Assembly: GCA_038087875.1 (NCBI GenBank)
Contig: CM075989.1
Location: 14,880,001-14,944,000 of the forward strand
Direction: 5' to 3'
DNA length: 64,000 nucleotides
Source: Malacoraja senta
Taxonomy: Eukaryota
Shown here: piece by piece, positions 34,601 to 48,802 of the stretch
Numbering within the stretch: the first letter of the stretch is position 1
How the letters are laid out: every line of letters begins with the position of its first letter
The notes under the pieces: generated by a model
Told to the model about the DNA's origin: nothing
The model's database searches: none
The model's input: the letters and a program-made list of their open reading frames with translations, nothing else
Translations under genes and position numbers: made by a program

Positions 34601-36031
34601 ATAGTTATTACTATAGTTTACTATATTTACTATAGTTGTATTGTATACTTGGACCATGCAGCTGCTTTGCCCAGGTAAAATCAAATATAGCAAGCTAAGG
34701 ATAACTAAGGAGTAAGGTAACTGATGACAAAGTGTGTAGGAAGGAACTGCAGATGCCGGTTTAAACCGAAGATAGAGTAACTCAGCGGGTCAGACAGCAT
34801 CTCTGGAGAAAAGGAATAGATGATGTTTTGGGTCGAGACCCAGAATGTTCAACTGGAAGAAATTTGCTCAAGAATAAAACCTCTTGTAAAAGCAAAAATA
34901 ACCCATTCATGATTGTATTGAGACTATTCTATTTTTGGTATATACATTTTCAAAATGATTAATTGTCGTTTATTTCCAAGTATTTGCAGTAATTCCCTCA
35001 TTATTCTGATGATAAGCAACGCAGGGTGACATTTATTGTGGCCTGTGTTTCCGACAGTTTATCAATGGTCCACTTCCATGAAAAGGAAGAATTAGGTTTT
35101 TCCCCCGTGTGAACTGCATGCTCGAAAAGCAAGTGGTTTAAAACAAGAGATTTAAAAAAACAAATAAATTAATTGTTGATTTTGGATCAGTGCATCAAGG
35201 ATAGGGTAACAATTTTGAGAAAAATTAAATATGTAATCTAAGATCTGAACCATTAACATTTTGCATTGGGCAATCCTGCAACACTACTGACCAAGCCACT
35301 TCACTAGAACAGGGTGAAAGAAAAGGAGGCCGAGTTACAACACAGCTCATTGCTTGCAATGTGACTTGTTAACTTGTAATACAAATAGTTCAGAATTGTT
35401 AAACAAAGAATGGCTTAGTGGCACATCACAATGAAAATCATAAGTAAAAGTTTATGGTGTTTGTCTATAAAACCTCTGTTTAGTTAAAAGCTTCAGCCTG
35501 TCTGCAGCTGCCCTTCCCCCCTCTGCACCTCTAGAGTAAACAAGTATCCAATGAGTCAGAGGTTTCTTTCACATTGCCCGACAACAGATGATACCAGGAA
35601 GGTGACCAGCATTTTTGCTATCTGGCATCCTTATTTACCTTGAGATAAGATGGGAGAAGTTCTCAATAGTGGATTGGCCCTGATCACGAGGGGCAGTTGT
35701 GGACACCCACAAGGTGTAACAAACTGACACATTTGTAAAGCCTAGAGTTAATTGAAAGCGAATCAGAGCCCGACTGCACTATGATAAACGATTGTAAATA
35801 TTGAATGGCTTTGTCAAATAGCTTCACAAGTACAGGGGCACAGGTTCACTTTGAAGGTAGTTACAGTAATAGCTATGTCAGGAATTATTCAAAGTCTGGC
35901 TCTCAACTTAATTTCCACGATACTGCAAAAAAAAATGGACAATTAAAAAAATGTGACTTTTCCTGCCACTGGTAATAAACACCATCATAAACACCTAGAG
36001 CTGTAGATTTACAGAGAGGGAATCAACTTAC

Positions 36032-36218
36032 GTTTGAAGGTACATGACAAGTGAAGCATTCTGCAGCCCCACAGGGTTACAGCGGACAGTATAGTTGATC
36101 ACTGGTGCTGCAGTGAAAGCCGGCTTCCCCCATTGTAAGGAAATAGAAGATGAACTATTGGCTTTCGCGTACAAGTGATGAGGAGGGGGTGGTGGAGGCA
36201 CCATGCGATCTCGAACAG
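36032..36218 (-). CDS. PRTG: Protogenin coding exon ([35 protein letters not shown]...[16 protein letters not shown])
   Basis: Diagnostic PRTG sequence [20 protein letters not shown]. Acceptor ttttttgacAG, donor GTAAGT. 187 nt, phase 1/2. Confidence 0.97.
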
Positions 36219-37766
36219 CTGTCAAAAAAGAACATACACATTATTCATCTCTAGTAGGTTTTCAAAATGTTTAAATAATGGCAATATGTTGAGAAATTAG
36301 AAATGCACTGAATTTTTATTTGAAGGCCAATACCATAAAATCTATATGCTCTACAGTTTTTTTTATCAACCTGAAAAGGGATAAGTATTGATGGTTAACA
36401 GCTGCATGCAAATTCTGTACTCAGGGGAAAAGTTGCTATTGAAAGCCCCAGATATAGCCAAAATAAATTGAACAAGACTGATCTTCAAAGCATCCGAATA
36501 TGGAACAACATGTACGTTTTTGTCAACATATTAATGATTCCTTTGGAAATGCAATGGACTGCAGATGCTGAAATCTTGAGCAAAAATAAACAAACTGCTG
36601 GAGGAATTCAGCGGTTGTCTTTTTGTTTAATTATTCCTTTATTGGGTTTGCAAAACAAGGATGTTGGATTCCAAGAATATATGATTAAGCTCTACAGGGG
36701 AATCAACGTGGTTAAATGATGTGCGAGGGGTTTAAAAAAAACCACACACACACATTTGGGAAAATTCTGATGTTTCACCAACCAGCTGAGCACTAGAAGT
36801 ATTGATTGAGAGGCACGCAAAGGGCAAAGACCAGGCTCCCCTAGAATTGCTATCCAATTCACCGAGTGACTCGGAGCATAGATCTATAGCTTGCTGAGAA
36901 TTTGGAATTTTTAGACTGTAGAATTAGAATTTTCTTTATTGTCATTCAGACCTTATGGTCTGAACAAAATTTCGTGCCTGCAGTCATACATATAATAAAT
37001 AACAAAACACACAATAAACACAAATTAACATCAACCACAGTGAGTTCACTTCCATTTTCCTTCACACACAAACTGGTTCAGAAAATTCAGTTTGCTTGGG
37101 ATTTTTTACTGCTGGACGAGAAGATTTTCCAGGCTATTAGGTGTTACTCTTAAACATCAAAATGTACCCATGTCATTTTATGTTCACATGGTACAGTGAA
37201 ATCAGTGAAAACGTTTTTCAGTGAAATCGCTGAGTTGAAAGGGAACAGGAAATATACAAACTCTGCACGCCCCAGGTCCAGCTGCAAACCTACCCATGTT
37301 GCTGACCCCCCAACTCCCCCATACACTTGGCCCCAAACTCCTGATCCTCTTCCCGGCTGCCCTCTGAGCCCACGCCTCCATTGAGTGAGCCGGATGCCCA
37401 GCAACCAAGATTTACAAGCAATCGGATACTGGATTATTGCAGTTTTACTGCCAATAGTTTGCCTTTATCTGTTGTGCAAGGTCTTGACAGAGTGAGAAAA
37501 TAGTTTATAAAACCCCAGAGAAAATAAAATCCAATTCACTATAAATCGGAAATGATTTACGGGAACCAGTGAAACTGTTGACTGCTTTGGCTGTGACTGA
37601 CAGGATGCTTTATTTTTAAAACAGCCACACCAACAGCATCACTATTCAATGGTTCGTTATTGGTGTTGAAGATTTAGCAGTGGACAACATTCTAGGAATT
37701 TTACTTAAAATATACACAACTTTTCAATATGAAATGAACATTATGAGACATTGGCTGAGCACTTAC

Positions 37767-37862
37767 ACACACATCCTGGGGTGCTCACTGTCTGGTCTGC
37801 CTGGTAGCCTTCACCCATAGAATTATATGCCAGTAAACGCATGTGATACTTCCTTCGAGGGT
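37767..37862 (-). CDS. PRTG: Protogenin internal coding exon (FN3 end: [32 protein letters not shown])
   Basis: Peptide closely matches vertebrate PRTG as I recall it ([15 protein letters not shown]...[13 protein letters not shown]). AG acceptor at 37863-37864, GTAAGT donor at 37761-37766. 96 nt, phase 1/1. Confidence 0.95.
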
Positions 37863-38169
37863 CTAAAAAGAAATAATATCCAGTATTAGTTGATAGTTTA
37901 ATTGTGATCGCATTCTTCCCCCACACTCCACTTGATAGTCCCTGTACATCCAGTCAGTGTATATCCACACGAATCATATTACAATTACTCAAATGGATCC
38001 TAAACCAGGCCAATGTAAAACAATAAAGTGGATGCTAGGAATTGAAAAAGTGGGAATCTAAATAAAATGGAATTAATAACATTTATAAAAATTCATGCAG
38101 ACATGACTGGTGGATGGATGGGCGATCAGGAAAGTTGCAAACAAAATCCCAAATTATTAAATCAATCAC

Positions 38170-38266
38170 AGTCTGAAGAAGGGTTTCGACCCGAAACATT
38201 GCCTATTTCCTTCGCTCCATAGATGCTGCCTCACCCGCTAGGTTTCTCCAGCATCTTTGTCTACCC
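38170..38266 (+). mobile_element. Mini Penelope-like terminal-repeat insertion
   Basis: gtctgaagaagggtttcgacccgaaacattgcctatttcc... Confidence 0.75.
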
Positions 38267-41200
38267 AAAATATTAAAATTCAATAGCATCCTCCCAGAGC
38301 AAAGAACTACTGCTTTATGTTTTTCCTGTCCTAGTATTGAAAAATTCCCTTTACTGATACCAAATCCCAATTCAGTGTACAATATCCCTCATTGTTTTGG
38401 ACTTACAGTTACTGTGGGCTATGGGCTTTATCTTTACCAGTATTTTTGCTGTAAATGCAGAATGCATCAACTTCACAGTTTGTCAAGAATATCATGATTC
38501 TTGAAATATTTCAAGCTGATGCAAGTGTGTAAAAAAACAAAAAACAATTCAAACACTTCAAACAATACTAAAACCAATGGGTTCGTAATCTTTCTGAATG
38601 AAAGCCCCATTTGTTTAACATTTGATTATCTAGGCAACCTCCCCCACCCCCATAAACACTTGATGACATCATGGGTCACTCCTTTTAAGGAATTGGGGCT
38701 GGCCAAGGGGTTCTTGATGGCTTCTCTCATTCCCACTGCCATGGGGGGATGGTGCATCAAGGAAATTTGCACATGACCTGTTTAGGTGTTAGCTAAAAGG
38801 CCCAGCCCTACCTCGGACATTGATGGAGGAGGCAAGTTGCTCATCTTCCTCTTCCCACCCGTAACCTTCTCAATCACCCACTCTCCACATCTTCACTGTC
38901 AACATCCTCAACACATCCCATCATCAGTGGTGCACCCACAACAAAGCAATGCCCACCATTTTCCTTCCCTCCTTCCACATCAATGCTAACTTCACTATGC
39001 ATCCTATTTGTAATCCCAGTCAAATGATTCAACTGAAAAAAAGTGGATGCAAATTCAAAGACTGCATTTGAAGGTACAAATTGGTATCAGTTATTAGCAG
39101 CTCCATTGATGCCTGCTAGTTAACGTGACAACGTGTGATCACATCAGCACTGGTGTCTCTTCCATTATCATTGCTGATATGAGACAGACCACTTATTGCA
39201 GCAAAAATAGGCAGAATTTTTGGTCTTGATGGAATCGGTTTGTCCCAGAAATATTCTGTCAGATATTTCTGTAAAGAATCCTTTTCCAACCATAATACAC
39301 TGTTGAGGGTTTCTTGGATTCTGAAGAAAGCCAACTTATTTGAAAATAAAACAAAACCAATTACTATTCGCAGCAATCAACATCAAACTAAGAAGAAACT
39401 TTTTTTTTTAAAGGTTGTGTACACTTATCTATGATTTTCAGTAAGCATTCTTCTGGAGAAAATACAAAATAAAAAACAAAATAAAAGGCCGTGGTAACTG
39501 GTTTAAGGATCCTTTTACAAAACGACTTATCTACATGGGACCCCTGCTGACCTGTTGAATGCCAGAGGAAGACCACACTAACCATTTATCATACTGTCAA
39601 GTAGCTTAAAATGTCTGCTGGCCTGCTGAGTGGTTATCCTGAATCGGTCATCGTTCCATTAAATGGAGACAAGCAAAGGTCTAATGTCAACATAGAATTG
39701 CCCTTCCTCAGTGAGAGATATTGCTTACAGCAATGGTTTACACAATGCATCTTAACACAGGGGGCCTCTCTTTGCAAATGCAACCAATTCATCACTCTAC
39801 AGTATTATAAAGGTTAAGATTTTCTTATCTAAAACTGCAACGCAACATTTTGGGGCATTTTGATAGCCTTCTTGCTCTATGCAATGAAATCTGTACGAAT
39901 TAAAGTTACCACAATGTCCAGTTCAAAATACCTTACAGAAAATTCAAAATGAATAGTCTCATTAAGTGACCACAAAAACAAAAGAGTTAACCTTATTAAC
40001 CGAATGAGGTCAGTAAAAACCAAGCCCTGATTTTCTCAAATATATTTCAAGTAGTCAAATGAATCGATTTAGCAAGTATTGTATGGTTATGTTCATGTTT
40101 TTTTAGGTACAGCTGTTGTAAAAAAAAAGCCAGAAATGGATTATGTAAGTAATAAAAAATATCTTCTGCACTCCATTCTTCAACCAAAGCATAACTTTAC
40201 TCTTTCTCTTTCAAAATGCAATAGTCTTGCAGTTCTAACACTGTTCTGGCAGAGTAAAGAGAGATGTAGGCAGCTCAGAGTAAAGAGAGATGTAAGAATA
40301 CCAGTGAATGAACACTTTCCAGCAGAGGTCACTAGATAGCAATCTAGAGCACAAAACTAGATGGGGGGTTTTCACTCTGGCCAAGAGGCACTCAAGATAA
40401 TTGTAGCCTAGCCCTCCCTCCACACCACCACTCCACTATCATTCAAGATAAGTCAACAATATAGTCTGTGTGGGTCAGCTCCATACCCTGGAGTAATCTT
40501 GAACAGATTTCTATGATATATCTATTAGTAATCAGATGTAGAACAATTAGGAAAGGCAGGATCATTGTGTGTTAAATGAGTAACTTCTGAAACTATTTGT
40601 CATTATAATTTGCCCATTCCAAAGGTTTACAGTTACAATTTTACAAAATGAATAAGATAATTAATGATTAATACACATTTCCACAAGGCAAGAAGAGCAG
40701 ATTCATTCCCATTGTGCAAGGAAAGAAAAATTGGGGAATGCATCATTGGGCAGCTCACTCTTTCATGGCCTTCGAGCAGACAAAACGTTGTTGTTTTTTT
40801 TACATATGGACTCCAAAGGTCTTAGAGAGGGCAAATGTTAGGAAAAGCTGAAGGCTTGTGCAAATTCCTTTTAGCGAAAAGGTTAAATAATTACATTGAC
40901 AAATTATAGATTCCATAATGCAAAGTACTTGTACTTAGCTTTTAGAGCAAATCATCGGATTATTTAAGGATTGTTATTGGCACATGAAGTGGATTGGTTA
41001 TATACGTCACTGAAGAAAACAACAGTACATTTACAGAAGGAGATTCAAAACAAAATTGCCTATCAACATATCATTATGTGCAAGAATAATATTGTGTTAA
41101 AATAGAATAGCAGAAGCTTCTTCACTATAATTTTAATTCCAGTGTTCAATGAAAATCCTCTACTTTAAGATGTTCCAAACAATTTAAAAACAAAGCATTA

Positions 41201-42359
41201 GTGAAAAGACCTACAAAAATAAAAACAAAATCTGGTAAAGCCAGTCACTTCCTCCCTGGATGGTGGAGCTCATATTTCACAGAATTATTTTTGCTGCTGC
41301 TGTTAATGGATCATCTAAAACAAAAGCACATCTTTTGCAGTTTTAATGGTTTCTGGTAACCAGATAACCTACAGGAGGCTCCGACGCAGAACACTTCTAC
41401 TGCGTTTAAATAATCCCCATAAAAGCTGAGAGCCACCACTTATCAGGAGATCCACTGCAGACCATAATTTATTATGCACCATTATTAACAATGGAAATAT
41501 TTACCTTAAAATAACAGAGAACCACAGAATTATTGCTGCACTATTGGTGTCTCCACCAAGATTGAAATAACTTTTGTTAACTCTTGCTAGAGTTGTTCTT
41601 CTGTCCCCTTATTTCTTTTTTTTAATTTTACTACTACAGCCGACACTTTCAAAGGAATGAACGTTACTTGCAATGGGTTGAAGTGGTCCAACATAGGTTT
41701 ATTTTAAGGAGAAGTACCAAGTAGCTAGTGGAATTTGTATTGTGTTTCATTCAGTATGAAGGGCTGGTTAGAGTAAAACAAGTAAAGTTGGTAAAAGTGC
41801 AGTTTGATATTCACTTTACAGAGAATAACAGATCATCTTCAGTGATGTTGTTTCAGCTCAATGAGCACAAACATTGAAAGGAAAGAAACTTGAAGTGGTA
41901 CTAAAGCTTTATTGGTGAAGTTACCTGGTTAGAGGTTTGAATTTGCTTGATCAAAGCCCTTGAATCCCAAGCGCATAAATGAAGAGTTTGAGTGAAACAG
42001 CAATTGTCAGAACAAAGTACAATTCCCATATAAGTGGCACATATTGTCAAAGAGTGCAGCCAAAATGAGATGCAGGACTCAAAGGTTATAAAGTAGAGTC
42101 ATTTCAAACTGCACAGTGGTAAAGGACAATTGATAAATGGACAAATGTGGATGGAATAGTGACAGAGCCTCATAGTACTGTAGTTGGACTTTGCTGTACA
42201 CTTGGCCTACGTAGAAAATTTCATGCGGAAAAATATCTTTGACCATAAATCCATTGGGCAGTGAACACAAGGACACAAGACAGGAGCAAGCCATCAGGCC
42301 CTTCAAACCTATGCCACCATTTAATATGATCATGGCTGATCTATGCAGTCCTCAATTAG

Positions 42360-42668
42360 GGCAGTCACGGTACCGCAGCGGTTGAGTTGCTGCCTTACAG
42401 CGAATGCAGCGCCAGAGACCCGGGTTCGATCCCGACTACGGGTGCTGTCTGTACGGAGTTTGTACGTTCCCCCCGTGACCTGCGTGGGTTTTCTCCGAGA
42501 TCTTCGGTTTCCTCCCACACTCCAAAGACATACAGGTTTGTAGGTTAATTGGCTTGGTAAATGTAAAAATTGTACCTAGTGGGTGTAGGATAGTGTTAAT
42601 GTGCGGTCGGCGCGGACCCGGTGGGTCGAAGGGCCTGTGTCCATGCTGTATCTCTGAACTAAACTAAA
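42360..42668 (+). mobile_element. HE1-type V-SINE, full length, nested in an antisense CR1 3' fragment (~42270-42835)
   Basis: Good B box (gggttcgatccc), central domain and ctaaactaaa tail. Confidence 0.88.
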
Positions 42669-44939
42669 TTCCTCACATGTCAGCTCTCCACACCCCTCCA
42701 TTCCTCGATCTATCAAATATTTATCCATCTCCACTTCAAATACATCTAATGATTCAGCTTCCACTACCTGCCATGGTAAAGAATTTCAGAGATTCACCAT
42801 CCCGTGGTAAAACATTTCTAGACACTTCAATTTTAAATTATTTTGTAGTTATATATTGGTTTATTATGAGTGAAGTACTCTATTGGCACGGATATTATAA
42901 TTCTTTCAGACCTTAATCATCAGCAAGGTGGCAAGTTGTTTCCAGAGCCAAGTGGCCACAACCGATCTCTGCAAGGCATTGTGTTATTGATGTACTATAA
43001 CCAAGAATTAATCTGTCACAAAAGACTCTCTTGGTCTTTCTAACAGAAGTTACAGAAATTTGCTACTATCAGTGCAAACACTACATTCCCCAACTTGGCG
43101 CATGTCGCCAACATGTCGACATGTTCAGTAAGTGTGTACAGCTCAAGGATTGGCAATGGATAGCACTAAGAATTTTATTTATATAATAAAAACAATAAAC
43201 TTTTACAATTATATCCAAATGGCACCACAGGATATTTTTATATGTTCATTCAAGAGTCAAGCAGGTTTACTGTTCTATGTACCAAAACAGGACAATGACA
43301 TTTTCCCATGCAGCAGCATAATAGGGTTATAAACGCTGTACTCGACCGATAAATTAAAAAAAAAAAAATTCTTAATAAGACAATCTAGTGCAAAACAATA
43401 AGCCCAAAGCCCCTTGGTTCTACTTAGTGACTTGCAAATTATTTATCATGAAAAACATAGTCCAACTTAGCTTCATTTTAGACTTGGTTAAATGGGCAAC
43501 ATTCATTTTTAAAATGCTTGAATTACTTTGTTTAAAAAAACAACTTGTTATGTGGATGCCGAGCGAATATATTAAATTCGGCAAAATTATTTGGCATTGA
43601 AGTAGCAGGTTTGAGAAATGCAGAATGAACCCACATGCTTCTACACTCCTCAGAGACGTCATTGGAGCATGCTGAATCTCTCAAACTAATGAGGCATCGT
43701 CTCAAAGGATTTTTAAAGAGTCTTTAATATTTTAATGCATGTCACAGTTCGTGAGACACAATCTTATACATGATTTGAATTGCCCAGATGCAATCTAAGG
43801 CATCAATGCAGCAGGGCCGATTTTAATTGCTTGTACAAGAAGCCTCAGGGGCCACTAGCTTTTAACGACAACTTAAATAGATTCACACAAGTCATTGGAT
43901 CACATTATCTATCCACTGTTGAACTCTTCCCAAACATCTAAAACTTTAATTAATACAAATTAGAGTGGAAATATTAATAGGATAGAAATATAAAATGAAA
44001 CGGTTTTGACCCAATCTACTGCCAACTCAACACCATATTAACCGCTCCAACTTAACTAACACCTGTGGCTTTAGTTGCATCTTTAATTTATCCAGCTCCT
44101 GCTCAAACAAGCCAATTTAAAATCCCTTCAATAGCCATGTTGTAATATATTCAATGTTTTTTAAGTCTATCATTATTTTTAGGCTTCCGGAGCCAGGCTT
44201 ACATTACGCCTACTTCTTACTGACTATGACCAGTGGAAATCATCTTTCATTAGCTTCTTTCTCAACCGCTTCCAAAGTGCATCTTTCCCCCAGCACCATC
44301 CTTCTTTTCATGCCGGGATCCTCAAACTGTACACCATCCTCCACTGGGGCTTGAAATAATATCCTTTATTCTGTGCAAGAACATCTCCCAGCTCTTTATT
44401 TACTCTATTTAAATATGAACCCAAGATCTCAGGTCCTTTCTTTGGCTACATTTACTTGTAAACCAATGTAGATATGCAAGTCAATCCTTGCATCTCTCAA
44501 GTCTTCTTCATCAACAATTTTTTTTTAAAGCACTATATTTCCATATTCCATTTTACAAAGTACAACGCTTGGTGTGAGCCAGGTAGCCAGCTGCTCATTC
44601 ATGGACAGAGCTTTCTTATAAAATATTATATTACTTTCAAAATGGTGCTGCCTTGTCCTGAATAAGATGGTTCAACAACCCACCAACACATGAAAAACAG
44701 CCCGTGGAAAATAATGGAGGGTGACTGTTACCATGTAGAGATTATATCAGGATATGGTTTTAAAGAGAGTAAGGAAATGAAGGGGAGAGTGTGAGGATAC
44801 GATTTAGGTTTGTAAACCAATGTAACAAACCTACTTTAACAAAGTGTGAAAAGTTTACTGCTGGGGTTTAAACCTGTGACATTTATGGCTTAATCCAAAG
44901 GCAAGAACAACCAATTGGCATATTCACTGAATTGGAAAA

Positions 44940-45720
44940 CAAACAAAACTGCTGGTGTTGGAATCTGAAATTAAACCAAATGCTGGAAGAACTCAGCCAG
45001 TCAAGCAGCATCTGTGGAAAGAGAAACCAGTCAACATTAAAGGTCAGGAACACTTCCTTACAACTGGGGTGGGAGAGTGAAGGGGTGTTTGTTTTCAAAG
45101 CAGAGCTGGGGAAGGAGATGTCAGACAAAACATTACAAGGGACAATAGATCAGATGATAAGGAGAAATAATTCTGACTATCAGGGAGGCACTTTATAGAA
45201 ACGAGGTGAGAAAGGAAAATGATAAGATTTAGGAGTAGCTGGTAAATTCATTGTTCATTGCCAGACGGCTGCTAAGTCTCCAGACAGAAGATAAGATGTT
45301 GTTCTAGTTTACTATGGTTGTGGAGGAGGCAGCAGACAGATAGGTCAGAATGGGCATAAGATTGAGATTTAAAGTGACTTGCAACAGGAAGTTTGATCAC
45401 CCCTGTGGACTGAGTACAGGGGCCTTGTAAAGTGATCATGCAATCTGCGTCTGGTTTCTCCAGTGTAGAGGAGACCCCATTGTGAACAACAAATGCTGTG
45501 ACTGGATTGGAAGTAAAAGTGAATCGCTGCCTCAAATGGAAGGGAATAGGTGAATGGACATACAGTGCCCTCCATAATGTTTGGGACAAAGACCCATCAT
45601 TTATTTAGGGCACTGTATGTTGCATCGTATCCAGTTGCATGGAAGGTGCCATGGGAAGGGTCATGGTGGTTTAGGATGGTAGAATGGACCAGGGAATCAT
45701 GAAGACAGCAATTCGTGTGA
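44940..45720 (-). mobile_element. Penelope-like element remnant (GIY-YIG endonuclease region)
   Basis: Frameshifted peptides CSQWGLLYTGETRRRLHDHF and LPVASHF...KLEQHLIFCL, followed by terminal repeat. Confidence 0.8.
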
Positions 45721-46119
45721 AAGGGAGGCCAGACATTAGAATCTAGAACAAAGATCAAACTACTGCAGGGGTCAGGCAGCCTCTGTGGAGTTGAAGGGAG
45801 GGAAGGAAGAAACAAGGAACTGCAGATGGTGTTTTTGCTCCAGCATTATGTGTCCCATTGAGGTACTCAAGCACTTTGTGTCCGAGTTGAAGGAATTGTT
45901 GATGTTTCAGGTCAAGACCCCGAATTAGGACAGAGTGTAAGGGGGCAGTAGTCAGTAAAAAGGGATGGAAGGGAGGGGTGAGACGGGGTGTGGCAGGTGA
46001 CAGGCAGAACCAGCTGAGGTGGGGACTGATGGTGCCAGGTGGGGGAGGGAAGATAGATTTGAGACAGGGCTGGTGGGAGATAGCTGGAAACAAAGGGAAA
46101 AAACTTGCCGGCTGCATCG

Positions 46120-46405
46120 GGATCCCAATATCATTGTCCCATCATCACCCCTTTCTGCAGGGACTACTCTCTACGTGACACTGGTCCATTCATCCCTCCC
46201 CACCCACCACTCCCTGCCCCATGGCACATTTCCCTGCAACCATAGGATGGGCAACACTTGGTCACACACCACCTCCCTCACCACCATCCAAGGACCTAAA
46301 CAGCCTTCCAGTAGAGACGAACAATCACATGCAACTCCTCCAACCTCCTCCACCGCACTCAGTGCTCCCAGTGGTGCCGCATCTACATGGGAGAGACCAA
46401 GTGCT
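46120..46405 (+). mobile_element. Penelope-like element remnant (Zn-linker/GIY-YIG start)
   Basis: LVHSSLPT...GTFPCNHR...TSLTTIQGPKQ and a degenerate IYMGETK. Confidence 0.7.
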
Positions 46406-46546
46406 GGTTCTACTGTTCCTCCAGCAGTTTGTTTTCCGTGGTGCGGTCATGGTGGAGTCGATGGAAATTGTAATTGATAGAACACAGAATGAGAAAGCTG
46501 GTAGGGTGCAGGCCCAAGAAACTCCATGTGTTGTGCTGGGAGAAAG

Positions 46547-46835
46547 GTGTAGGAAGGAACTGCAGATGCTGGTTTAAATGGAAGATGGACATAAAAAGCA
46601 TGAGTAACTCATCGGGTCAGACAGCATCTCTGGAGAAAAGGGATAGGTGATTCATAGATACATAGAAAATAGGTGCAGGAGTAGGCCATTCGGCCCTTCG
46701 AGCCTGCACCGCCATTCAATATGATCATGGCTGATGTTTTGGGTCGAGACCCTTCTTCGTCAACCCGAAATATCACCTATTCGCCTGAGAAGTTGTTGGA
46801 CCCGCTTAGTTACTCCAGCTTTTTGTGTCTATCTG
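46547..46835. mobile_element. Inverted Penelope-like terminal repeats with a nested CR1 tail piece
   Basis: tgtaggaaggaactgcagatgctgg... arm, catagaaaataggtgcaggagtaggcc insert, and opposite arm ...gttactccagctttttgtgtctatc. Confidence 0.7.
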
Positions 46836-46973
46836 GCGAAAGGTGGGTCAGAACAGATGTGCAGGGAGGAAGGGGAAGGGAGCATTATAGAGGAAGTCCT
46901 CGGTAAAGGAACAAATGTGACAGATGTAGAAACTCAGTGAAATGATTCACTGAATGTGCTGGCTAATAATTTA

Positions 46974-47270
46974 TTTACTTTAGTTTACTTTAGACATACA
47001 GTGTGGAAACAGTCCCTTCAGCCCACTGAGTCCATGCCGACTAGGGATCACCCTGCACACAAGCACTTCCCTATGCACTACGGACAATTTTACTAAAGCT
47101 AGTTAACCTACCAGCCTGTACATCTTTAGAGTTGGGGGGGGGGGGGGGGGGACTGGAGCATCCGGAGAAAATGTGGTCAAAGGGAGAATGTACAAACTCT
47201 GTACAGACAGCACCAAACTCAGGTCACTGGCGCTGTAAAGCAGCAGCTCCTCTGTGCCACTGTGCTGCCA
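46974..47270 (-). mobile_element. HE1-type V-SINE
   Basis: Reverse complement of tail through head, with an internal poly-G run. Confidence 0.75.
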
Positions 47271-48419
47271 TTGAAGATTTCCCTTGCAGATATTTCCTTG
47301 AAAAAGCATATTAAATGAAACACAGTATATTATTGGCCATAAAATAGTACTGTTGTACAGGGTTATGCCTCACTACATTATATTTTCAATTTCTCTGGGA
47401 GTGACAGAGAAACTGCAAGCATTTATAAAAAAAAGAAAAATCCAGGTTCCGATTCATCCACACACTAGTGTGAAATCTGCCATTCGAGATACCGCAAGCA
47501 ATACAAATTCACCAGCTTTAGTTTTTATTCCCAGCAAAAGTCACGCACAAGCAGACTGCAATATTTTCTCCACTACAACCATGACCACACATCAAACAAA
47601 TATTTCACTAGCTGTGAGAAGCTTTGAGAGGTTCTGAAAGGAATGCAAAACGCATGCCTCTAATGTTTTTTTCACAGCAAGTCCCTGATGTTAGCCAGAG
47701 CAAAAGTTTGCATTCTGAAATTGCGCAACACGCATCTTGGTTTGGCGAAGGGCAGTTTTTTTTTGGGTAGGGTGAGGAGGCAGTGGGAGCAGAAGGGAAA
47801 ACCATAAACACTGGGCAGAGCTTCCATTACTGATAATCACTCATTGACTTGTGTTTGATAGTTCAGATATGTTAATGTTGGACAGAGAACAGGTCTGACC
47901 TCTTTGACCTCACACTTCACTATCCCTGCTGCCAAATGGAGAGCAGCTAATTTGGCAGGAGGATGGAGAAAGGCTGGCACCCACTGATGTCGGTAAGAAC
48001 CAGGGGTTTCAGGAGCTGGAACGGAAACCAACGGGAGGCTTTGTTGGGTGCGAGTGTGAAAATGTGTTTTCACAACTACTGGCCCACCCAATGTCTGTCT
48101 GTGCCTGAACCATTGGTTACGATTTTTGTGACTTTGTCAGCAGCTACTGAATGCTGAATGGTTGGTTGCCATTGACCAGTAATTCTCTGATCAATGCATA
48201 GCTAAACACTGAACCTATTTGTCTTCAGTAATGCTCCCAATATGCCCACACAATGCCAAGCAGAAATTTAACCTCTCTTGTAGAAACTATGAACTGTAGA
48301 TACTGGTTTATGGAAAAAAAGACAAAGTGTTAGAGTAATTCAGCATCTCTGGAGAACATGGGGAGATCACGTTTCGGGTCAGGCCCCTTCTTCCTGCTCA
48401 AATGCTGAAGTCAAATAAC

Positions 48420-48802
48420 CATTGGCGCAGCAGAAGAGTTACTGCCTTACAGCACCAGGGACCCGGGTTCAAAACGGACTATGGATGTCCTGACTATGTA
48501 CAGGGTTTGTACGTTCTCCCCAAGGGCGGCACAGTGGTGCAGCGGTAGAGTTGCTGCCTTACAACGCGAGAGACCTGGGTTCGATATTGACTACAGGTGC
48601 TCGTCTGTACGGAGTTCGTACATTATCCCGGTGATGAGATTTCTCCAGGATCTCCGGTTTCCTCCCACACTCCAAAGACGCACAAGGTTTGTAGGCTAAT
48701 AGACTTGGCAAAAATGTAACTTGTCCCTAGTGTGTGTAGGATAGTGTAAGTGTGCGGCGATCACTGGTCGGCGTGGACTTGTTTCACGCTGTATCTCGAA
48801 CT
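48420..48802 (+). mobile_element. Two tandem HE1-type SINE heads / one near-full copy
   Basis: Heads at ~48420 and ~48524. Confidence 0.75.
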
